From a virus, in the IMG/VR virus record IMGVR_UViG_3300036820_000015, positions 13,652-77,651 of that record: DNA of 64,000 nt. One strand, given 5' to 3'. Within the stretch, counting starts at the first letter, position 1. Each line of letters opens with the position of its first letter. Both the position numbers and the translations under genes were made by a program. Under the pieces are notes generated by a model. That model had not been told where the DNA came from, did not search any database, and saw nothing but the letters and a program-made list of their open reading frames with translations. Shown in pieces: positions 56,837 through 64,000 of the stretch.

Positions 56837-57666
56837 TTCGGCCCATAGTTGTACCGTTCGCCAGCTGTGTCCACAATCTGATATCCCTCGCCATATCCGG
56901 CCACCGGTTGCGCTGCCCCCGCTGGCACCGGCTCCCCCACCGCCGGTCGGTACAACAGCTGAGCTGCTGTGCGGCCGACAAAGTACGCCTGTCCGTTCGC
57001 TCCTTCGTAGTAGGGCGTGCCCGGCTCATTCCATATGGCTCCGTCCGTCGTCAGCAGTATCGCTGCTTCGGTCCCGGGCCAGACCAGGATGTCAGCCGGT
57101 GGAGCGCTCAGCTTCCAGTTCAGTCTCACGTTCACCTTGTTGCCTCCTTGTGGCTGACCGAGATCCTGCTTGGCCAGATTGAGAATCCCTTGCCGCTCGG
57201 CACTCCTCTGTGGGCCCGGGCAGCCCGTGTGGCCGCCCCAGGCCGGTCCACCGTCCCCATGGGTGATGAATCCGGGCATCCCCGGCGTGTCCACCACCAC
57301 CATGGGAATCCCCGGGTACTGCTGCACGATCCAGGCGTACAGCCGCGCGAACGTGGCCACCTGTGCCAACGTCAATGGATCGGTGGGCTCACCCTCGGTC
57401 TCCACTGAGATGTAGGTGGAGTTGCCCGCCACTTGGGCCCAGGACTGATACAGCGTGTCGACGTACTGCTCCAGTTGGCCGTCAGCCATTCCGCCCTGGC
57501 CGTTACCGATACCGAAGTGGCTCGACACCTGATTGTTCGGATTGGCGAACTCGTTGAAGGGGTCCCCTTCCCCGGCGGTGACATGGATGACCACGCCGAT
57601 GTGCTTGGACATGAGGCCACCGTGGGCGGCAACCGGCTTCTGAACGGCGAACGGGCACAAGCTCAT
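56833..57666 (-). CDS. N-acetylmuramoyl-L-alanine amidase (endolysin candidate)
   Basis: VIHVT, SSHF, SWAQ..GN, SVETEG, H...HTGCPG. Confidence 0.88.
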   Translation of the reverse strand: MSLCPFAVQKPVAAHGGLMSKHIGVVIHVTAGEGDPFNEFANPNNQVSSHFGIGNGQGGMADGQLEQYVDTLYQSWAQVAGNSTYISVETEGEPTDPLTLAQVATFARLYAWIVQQYPGIPMVVVDTPGMPGFITHGDGGPAWGGHTGCPGPQRSAERQGILNLAKQDLGQPQGGNKVNVRLNWKLSAPPADILVWPGTEAAILLTTDGAIWNEPGTPYYEGANGQAYFVGRTAAQLLYRPAVGEPVPAGAAQPVAGYGEGYQIVDTAGERYNYGPK

Positions 57667-58375
57667 TTAGATGCCACCTTTGCCGCTCGCTTGACCGGTT
57701 TCGGCTTCGGCACCAGTGCTTCGAGTTCCTTCACCCGGGCTCGGAGCCGGAAGTTCTCCACTACCAACTCCCGTCTCCGCATTGCTCCCTGCGGCTTCTC
57801 TCTCACGTTCGATCCTCTCGATCTCGTCCAGCAGTCGCTTAATCTCTTTGTCCTTAGCGTCTTGCTCAGCGATCTTCTGCAAGGTGGCAGCGGGCACGTA
57901 GTCGGGCCAGCGGTACTGTCCCGGGCCATCACCCTCACTGGTCCAGTGCCACTCGTTGGCGCGCGGCCGCATCACCTGGACATGGACACCGCGCTCCTCA
58001 TCCACATCGAGCACCATGGCGGCCCAGTCCCTCTTGTCCTGAGCATGGTGGTAGTAGACGATGCGGCCCATTGTCGGTATCACGCGACCCTCCTTGTTCA
58101 ACTTGTCAGGCATGTCACCTCTCCAACCCATCGAAGGCGTTCCCGAGAATGATGTCGGCCTCTGTCTGCTCTCTGACGATGCCATTACCGGCAATATCTT
58201 CCTCCTGGGTAGGCGCCTGAGGCTCGTTAATCACCTGACACTCCTTCCGCGCCACCACCCCGTATTCGGTCAATGCGTCACCACAGAACACCAACATCTC
58301 TTCACCAAGATCGCGAAGGTTGTCGTCGGGTCCAGGGATAACGATTAACTCGAATACGAGGCGGAGGCTGGCCAT
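57667..58375 (-). CDS. Two hypothetical proteins (57667-58113; 58115-58375)
   Basis: PTMGRIVYY...W motif in the first ORF. Confidence 0.55.
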
Positions 58376-58536
58376 TCCTCAGCTACCGACTAATGCGTAG
58401 TAATACTCCGTGGTTCCGACACACTTCACAGCACCTTCAGGCAGTGGAGCGTCGGCATCTTTCTGGCGCAACTCCCACTCCCCTTCATCGTCGATGTGTT
58501 CGGGGTCGGGCGCCAGAGCTTTGCCGTCAAGGGGCA

Positions 58537-59298
58537 TTACCCGCGGACCTCAGCCCACAGACTCCCGGGCCCGTCGTCCAGCAGTGTGCTCAACAGCGCA
58601 TCGTCAGCGGCGATCCCGTCGAGGCCGAGCACCTTTTCCTGGGCGCTGGCGAAGTCGGGAGCTTCCTTGATGATGGCGATGGCCTGGTCCTTGAGGCTGC
58701 CTCCCCCACCATTGCCTGCGGCCTGGGCCTTGAGCCGGGCCATGGCTTCAGCGGCCGTCTCCCCGGTCGGGGCAGCAGCAGCGGCCGGAGCGGCCACACC
58801 AGCGGCCTCAGCGGCCACGGCACCGGTCGTACCGTCGACCACGCCGAGGAACTTCTCGGGCATGGGCTTCGGACCCTTCTGGTCCAGCCCTTCGTACTCG
58901 GCCTTCTCCCGCTTGACGTGGATCTTGAGCCCTACCCACGGAGCGGCCGACAACGGATGACCGCGCGACTCCATCAACTCCAGCAGGCCGAAGTCGTTGA
59001 TCATGCGGTTCATCCACTTGCCGAGCATGGAGTTCTTGTTCGGCATCTGCTCCTTGCCGTCGTCGCGGACGATGGACTTGCCACCATCTTTCGTCTCCCA
59101 GTGCGACCCGGTCGACAAGCGCACTTCGGTCTCGGGCTGGTCCGGGTCGTTGGTGCGACCAGTGAGCGAGAGGAACAACGCCGTGCCGTCACCATACGCC
59201 TGGTCGTACTTGAAGCCCGCTCCACCGATCGTGAAGTCGAAGTCGTCAATGAGTCCAGAAGACTCATCCAGTTCTGTTCCCCAACCTACTGGGCTCAT
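58537..59298 (-). CDS. Hypothetical replication protein (possible ssDNA-binding protein)
   Basis: AAGGAGG RBS, strong codon bias, acidic with Ala-rich linker; located among recombination genes. Confidence 0.5.
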   Translation of the reverse strand: MSPVGWGTELDESSGLIDDFDFTIGGAGFKYDQAYGDGTALFLSLTGRTNDPDQPETEVRLSTGSHWETKDGGKSIVRDDGKEQMPNKNSMLGKWMNRMINDFGLLELMESRGHPLSAAPWVGLKIHVKREKAEYEGLDQKGPKPMPEKFLGVVDGTTGAVAAEAAGVAAPAAAAAPTGETAAEAMARLKAQAAGNGGGGSLKDQAIAIIKEAPDFASAQEKVLGLDGIAADDALLSTLLDDGPGSLWAEVRG

Positions 59299-59389
59299 GA
59301 GCCCTCCTTATCTTGTTTGTGTGATGGTGTCCGATCCCGAACGCGGGAGCGCCGGGAACCTAGTCCGCGCGCGGTGTCGCGCGCAACGA

Positions 59390-59752
59390 TTACGTCGGAA
59401 GTTTCTTCGTCGGCCAGAGTTCAGCATCGACAGCAGCGCGGTGAAAATGGTCAGCGATCTCTTGCAGACCCTCGATGCGCTTCATGGTTTCGGGGTCGGC
59501 CTCAGCGCCGAGAGAGAGCAGCACCTCGACGTAGCTCATGATGATCGAGGAGTAAGCGTGGAAGATCGGAGCGGAGGTGATGTCCTGCTTGCGGATCACC
59601 TCTGCGTCCTTAATAAGGAACTTGCCTGATGGCGGGTGGAACGTTCCTTCTTCCGTCCGTGGCCAGTCGTCAGGCACGGTGCCATTGAGAATCCAGTCCT
59701 TCAGCCCGACCCAGTCTTCCCACTTGAGTACCGCATATTTCGGCTCGCTCAT
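59390..59752 (-). CDS. Hypothetical protein
   Basis: ATGA overlap with the helicase stop. Confidence 0.6.
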   Translation of the reverse strand: MSEPKYAVLKWEDWVGLKDWILNGTVPDDWPRTEEGTFHPPSGKFLIKDAEVIRKQDITSAPIFHAYSSIIMSYVEVLLSLGAEADPETMKRIEGLQEIADHFHRAAVDAELWPTKKLPT

Positions 59753-62700
59753 ATTCCGCCTCCGCTCCAGTCCAACGTTTCCTTCCACCACTCCGGCAGC
59801 AGGTTCTTCCCCTTCTTCCACACATTCCGCTGAAACTGAGCGTCCAGAATGTAGGTGTTATGAGCCGCGTACCCCTCTGCGACATAGGTCTCGGTTGCGC
59901 TCTGAAGCGTGACCATCGGGCCGGGATCGATCTTCTCGATGGCAAGGACTTCGACATACTCAGAGGACTGAAAGCGTTGGCCGAACTGCCCAGCTATCAA
60001 CTTATTGAGTAACCTCTCGGGGCGCACTTGTCCGAGAAATCGAAGATGCTCTGGGAACCCACCTCGGATTACTAACGCCTCACATCCACTTGATCGTTGA
60101 GGTGAGAGACCAATACTGAAGTCCATTGCTTCGAGAATGCTACGTGTCTTGTCCCAGATGATCCCAGGCTTTTGGACTGCCTGGATGCTGGTGACGAATC
60201 GATTACGCGAGCCCTGATTCAGAGAGAGACAACCCTCGCCATCGAAGAATCCAGCTAACCAACCAGCCTCACGCGTGTCGATGTCTGGCCATGGGCGGAC
60301 GTATCGGTTGAGGTGGTGACCGGGCCGTAGTTGATCTGTTCGTACCCATGAGTCGGTTCGGGACTGCCCCCACTTCGAGATCCACCGATGATTGGGGGTA
60401 GAAATCAACTCCTCCCCATTGGCCAAGGTCATCCGATACCGAGGGAGAATATCGATGCCAGTTGCTTCAACAATACTTGGGCGCCACTTTCGTGGAGTTA
60501 TGCGAGACGTCTTCTCATCGAACCCCATGATGCGGTCACCGACTGCCAGCTTCCCTGCCGGAACCCATCGAAGGTCTTCGGTGAGAATCCGAGTCTCGGG
60601 TGGTACGCAGGTACACCGGTCCTCGGCACTCCTCACCCCGCGCCCAGTCATTTGCACCAGTGCCCGCACTGTCTGCACGAGATACCACAGCTGCCCACCA
60701 CGCGAGTACATCCGTTTCTTCACCTGAGCATCACCCAGGCTCATGAACGGCATCTTGGTAATAATCACCACGCGGCACAGATCCTCGGGCAGGTCGACCC
60801 CACGATCCATGCTGGGGGCCAACATCACCGCCCCCTCAGTCTCCTTGAATATCCTAAGCGCTTCGACTCTCTCGGTAGAGGAGCCGTAGACGACGAGTGG
60901 GCGTCCGCTTCGGCGCAGCTTGTCGAAAAGGTAGGCGCTCAACTCGTAACTCACCGTGTGAATCAGAGTCCGTTCCCCGGGATGCTTGGCCAACACCTTC
61001 TCGATGGCTGCCACCATCTTCGGCCACTCCTCCTCCTTCTCACCGCGCACCATATTCGCCGCATTCCTAACCACAATGGGCCGGTTCTCTTTGGGGAAGG
61101 TGCTGGGCACACTGACCATGGCCCAACGCAGTCCCGCTTCCTCGATGCCCAAGCTCTCGACGAACTCGCGCGGGTCAATGATCGTGGCGCTCATCAGTAG
61201 GAACCGCTCACTGTGCCGCCACAGGATCGAGTTAGCTTCCTTGTCCACTCGCACCGGCTTGAAGGTGATATCACCGCGCTGATAGCCGTCATAGACCGCA
61301 TTGCCGCGCTGCAACTCGAACTCCAGGTGCTCCAGTCTCGCGTGTAGCCGCGTCAGATAGGTCCACTCGCGCGTTTCCTCCAGCGTCAGTGTCCGGCGCT
61401 CGGGGTCGACCATAGCGATGGCCTGTTGCACCTTGGGTAGTCCCTCGTCGACGCACCAGGGCAGCCAGGTCTCCTCGACTGTCTTCAGGCGCGGGAAGTC
61501 GATGCCCAAATCGATCCGGCGCGACTCCGAGATGTGCGTCTCGATGTGACCCATGAGGATTTTCTCCAGGGAGTCACACTCATCGACAATCACTAGCCGC
61601 TGCTTGCTGAACATCCCCATAGCGTTTGCCTCAGCCAGCAGATAGAACGTATTGGTGATAGTCAGTGGCGCCGATAATGCGTCGCGCTTGGCCACCTCGT
61701 AAGGACACATCACCCAGCTATGGCAGAACCCACAATGGATAACCGGCTCCTTGCTGTCGGTAATGCAGTTGGCACAAGCCGGTAGCACGCGTCGCGACTT
61801 CGAGCAGTCAGCAGCGCTCACGCTCATGAACCGATCGGTGAACAACTCCGGGTGGTCCAGTGTCGGATAGTTCGACCTCCCCATGAGTATCTTTCCATAG
61901 GGGTAGTCGTTAGCGAACTGCATTTGTAACTGCTTCGTCGTGCAGACATATAATGCCTTCTTGATCTGCAGTAACCGCCGAACCGCTTCACCTATGAGGG
62001 ATTTCCCGCTATTATGAACGACAAACTCATTAGCGATGAAGTTGTGGGGGTCATCCTCGACCATGAGATCGAATGTCTCCGTCTCTCCGGCATAGTCGAT
62101 AGCAGTGATGATATCTCCACCGATCTGGAGCGAGACATGAGCCCAAGCTCCTTCGAGACCATGCTCTCTCCAATGATCGAGATGGGGCTTCACCTCAAGA
62201 TTATCGAGAGCGTTGTGGTGAATATTCTGGTCTCGGTGGTGGACTGCATCGAGTGACGATAGGAACATCAGCCCGTCGACTGAAGCATTCTTGTCTCGAA
62301 GGATGGCAATGTACCAATCGAGACGCAGGCCATTGAGGTGGGCTTCCACGACGAGGCGATGCAATGGCTGACGGTACGGCCATTCCCCTCGGAGCGGATG
62401 ATTCACGAGACCTTGTGCGACTTCATACCAATCTCGATGTTGGACGCCTTTGCGACTACGTCCATTGTTGACGAGAACAGCATCTCCGATCTTGAGACCA
62501 GAGAGGGCAACCATTTCTCCGCCGTCAAGAGCGAAGCGATGGTCAGCAGTAGCTTGAATCGAACGTCCTTGCTGGGTACTCAGTAGCCACGTCTCTTTGC
62601 GTCCAGAATGGTAGGCAGCTTTCAGCGGAACCGACCTAACGACGGCACCCCATTTCTCAGCGACCTGAAGGCGTTGGATCATCGTTGGGATAGAGAGATC

Positions 62701-62979
62701 CCACTGTCGTCCTCGGTTGAGGCCACCGTTGAACGAATCGACTACTTGACTCAGTGGAAGACGCCGGGCCGCACCACCTCGGTTAACCACGATCTCCGTA
62801 TCACCAGCGAGGCATCCGGTTGGCGCGTCAAGCATGACAATGTCGACACCGTTGGCGAAGTGAGTGAGGCACTCGACAATGGCCCGCTCCTGATGCGGCC
62901 TCATGCTTGTTACCCATGATGGCCATGGGATGTCACCCCACACCGGATCATCGAGCTTCGGGAACGTCGGGTCACTCAT
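59749..62979 (-). CDS. DinG/XPD-like SF2 helicase precursor with two inteins (~557 aa after splicing)
   Basis: RPHQ, APTG|SGKS, Cys cluster, DECD, MSAT, GVDLP, QMTGRGVR. Confidence 0.92.
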   Translation of the reverse strand: MSDPTFPKLDDPVWGDIPWPSWVTSMRPHQERAIVECLTHFANGVDIVMLDAPTGCLAGDTEIVVNRGGAARRLPLSQVVDSFNGGLNRGRQWDLSIPTMIQRLQVAEKWGAVVRSVPLKAAYHSGRKETWLLSTQQGRSIQATADHRFALDGGEMVALSGLKIGDAVLVNNGRSRKGVQHRDWYEVAQGLVNHPLRGEWPYRQPLHRLVVEAHLNGLRLDWYIAILRDKNASVDGLMFLSSLDAVHHRDQNIHHNALDNLEVKPHLDHWREHGLEGAWAHVSLQIGGDIITAIDYAGETETFDLMVEDDPHNFIANEFVVHNSGKSLIGEAVRRLLQIKKALYVCTTKQLQMQFANDYPYGKILMGRSNYPTLDHPELFTDRFMSVSAADCSKSRRVLPACANCITDSKEPVIHCGFCHSWVMCPYEVAKRDALSAPLTITNTFYLLAEANAMGMFSKQRLVIVDECDSLEKILMGHIETHISESRRIDLGIDFPRLKTVEETWLPWCVDEGLPKVQQAIAMVDPERRTLTLEETREWTYLTRLHARLEHLEFELQRGNAVYDGYQRGDITFKPVRVDKEANSILWRHSERFLLMSATIIDPREFVESLGIEEAGLRWAMVSVPSTFPKENRPIVVRNAANMVRGEKEEEWPKMVAAIEKVLAKHPGERTLIHTVSYELSAYLFDKLRRSGRPLVVYGSSTERVEALRIFKETEGAVMLAPSMDRGVDLPEDLCRVVIITKMPFMSLGDAQVKKRMYSRGGQLWYLVQTVRALVQMTGRGVRSAEDRCTCVPPETRILTEDLRWVPAGKLAVGDRIMGFDEKTSRITPRKWRPSIVEATGIDILPRYRMTLANGEELISTPNHRWISKWGQSRTDSWVRTDQLRPGHHLNRYVRPWPDIDTREAGWLAGFFDGEGCLSLNQGSRNRFVTSIQAVQKPGIIWDKTRSILEAMDFSIGLSPQRSSGCEALVIRGGFPEHLRFLGQVRPERLLNKLIAGQFGQRFQSSEYVEVLAIEKIDPGPMVTLQSATETYVAEGYAAHNTYILDAQFQRNVWKKGKNLLPEWWKETLDWSGGGI
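59857..60609 (-). mobile_element. Intein 2 (251 aa) with LAGLIDADG endonuclease, after helicase motif VI
   Basis: CVPPET...STPNHRW...WLAGFFDGEG...YAAHN|T. Confidence 0.93.
62011..62814 (-). mobile_element. Intein 1 (268 aa) with in-frame HNH endonuclease, inserted in Walker A
   Basis: CLAGDT...ATADHRF...FVVHN|S; internal HRLVV...VHHRDQNIHHNALDNL. Confidence 0.93.
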
Positions 62980-63109
62980 CCGGCACGCGGTCCGAACAGA
63001 TGCCTAACGACAATGACCACTATCCCCGTGTAGGCGATGAGCCCACCAGCAATCCACCATCCCATTTTCCCTACCTCCCGCCGCCGACCCTAACCGTGAC
63101 CCGTGACAC

Positions 63110-63805
63110 TCACCCCAACCGGTATGTCTCCGGCACTTCTTTCCGCCAGCGCTTCACGATCTCCATCACCATCGTCCGGTAGGGCTCCGGTGAGGGGTCT
63201 GCAAGCTCCTCCGCCCGGCGGCAGGTCTCCCAGACCTGGCCCCAGGCTTGGTCGCCGGAGAGACCCACCAGGGCCGCCTGGAGAGTCACCTGCATGCCAC
63301 GCCAGTGCTCGACGGCGGTGGTGGTCCCTTCGAGGAACTCAGCGAAGGCGTGACGGGCGAAGGCGTCGGATTGGGCCTCGCGAAGGCTCGGGTCACCGAT
63401 CTGGGAGTTCCGCATCTCGACCAGGTGAGCGGCGCCGTCACGGAGCACGTCATGGGGCGTCTCATACTCGGGGAAATCCCCGCAGTTCACCAGCTTGTGC
63501 AGCATGGCCATGACGTCGGGGGCCACCTTCAACGACAGCTGGTCGGAATGGCCCCGGACATCGGTGGCTCGAACGTAGAACCGCAGCGGGTCGTACCCGG
63601 TGCTCTGCGGACTCCCGGCCGCCACCGCCGCCCAGGACTGCCCGGCGCCTGCTGCCGCCCCGGCCGCCCCGGTGATCGTTGCCGGAGTTCCCGTCGCCGT
63701 CGATGTCGATGCCGCAATGACCATGCCGCCGCTCCCCTCGCTAACCGTGACCCGCTGAGGATGACCGCTCGATGGCCTGCCGTCAAGGCCCCTCGCGAAA
63801 TCCAC
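63110..63805 (-). CDS. Putative ribbon-helix-helix DNA-binding regulator
   Basis: QLSLKVAPDVMAMLHKLV...YETPHDVLRDGAAHLV pattern; start uncertain. Confidence 0.55.
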   Translation of the reverse strand: MDFARGLDGRPSSGHPQRVTVSEGSGGMVIAASTSTATGTPATITGAAGAAAGAGQSWAAVAAGSPQSTGYDPLRFYVRATDVRGHSDQLSLKVAPDVMAMLHKLVNCGDFPEYETPHDVLRDGAAHLVEMRNSQIGDPSLREAQSDAFARHAFAEFLEGTTTAVEHWRGMQVTLQAALVGLSGDQAWGQVWETCRRAEELADPSPEPYRTMVMEIVKRWRKEVPETYRLG

Positions 63806-63873
63806 AACCTCGTCAACATCCTGTGGACAAACGCCGGTCGTAGCGCACTCGATGGCGACGAGGCCGAGGTCTG

Positions 63874-63909
63874 AGCATGCACCCGAACACCCGAGCGAGT
63901 GGGGGACCT
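63874..63909 (-). promoter_or_regulatory. Phage promoter motif AGGTCCCCCACT-N18-CATGCT driving the leftward operon
   Basis: Exact 12-mer on the - strand at 63909-63898. Confidence 0.78.
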
Positions 63910-63945
63910 GGGTGCTGGAATCGAAACGCTCCCTATACGCACGCA

Positions 63946-63981
63946 GGGGGGAGGGGGGGGGTACGGGGGGGGGGAGGGGGG
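63946..63981 (+). repeat. Four G-tracts (G6 A G9 TAC G10 A G6), G-quadruplex-capable
   Basis: Read directly from the sequence. Confidence 0.6.
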
Positions 63982-64000
63982 TGGTGATGTCTTAGAGAGT

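Larger units (their letters stand above)
1..64000. mobile_element. Tailed bacteriophage (siphovirus-like) genome segment, high GC, probable actinobacterial host
   Basis: Ordered head-neck-tail-tape measure module on +, DNA metabolism and many tiny ORFs on -. Rpf-like domain, GGGAAAA tail-chaperone slippery site and leaderless starts are typical of actinophages. No bacterial housekeeping genes seen. Confidence 0.96.

Noticed and set aside
58393-59541. 382-aa + strand ORF
   Set aside because: Overlaps better-supported - strand genes with RBS and codon bias.

Overview
The whole window is a segment of a high-GC tailed phage (siphovirus-like, probably of an actinobacterial host). Terminase, portal, polymerase and integrase are not visible and probably lie outside the window. 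The + strand (~1-40.8 kb) carries the head, neck and tail genes: MuF-type minor head protein, XkdF-type maturation protease, scaffold, decoration protein, major capsid, neck, tail tube, a -1 frameshifting tail chaperone, tape measure and minor tail proteins. The - strand (~40.8-64 kb) carries early/DNA-metabolism genes: DNA methylase, RCC1/BLIP-II-like lipoprotein, family-4 UDG, ThyX, ERCC4 nuclease, AAA ATPase, Cas4/RecB-like nuclease, amidase, a DinG-like helicase with two inteins, and an RHH-like regulator. The most striking observations are: (1) a 1159-aa head-region polyprotein (Zn ribbons + NUDIX + HDxxGH domain + R-S-E ADP-ribosyltransferase + acidic repeats) whose N-terminus copies the major-capsid N-terminus (PSQSDVHxD) and whose domains are separated by hydrophobic-x-Lys sites like those that fill the scaffold, suggesting a capsid-targeted, protease-processed effector cassette; (2) an intein in the protease gene whose interior hides an endonuclease VII gene in the +1 frame with its own leaderless promoter; (3) a phage-specific promoter, AGGTCCCCCACT-N17/18-NAnnnT, recurring seven times in front of mostly leaderless genes; (4) a candidate structured non-coding RNA between the polyprotein operon and the protease gene. 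All family assignments come from motif recognition by eye, not from database searches.
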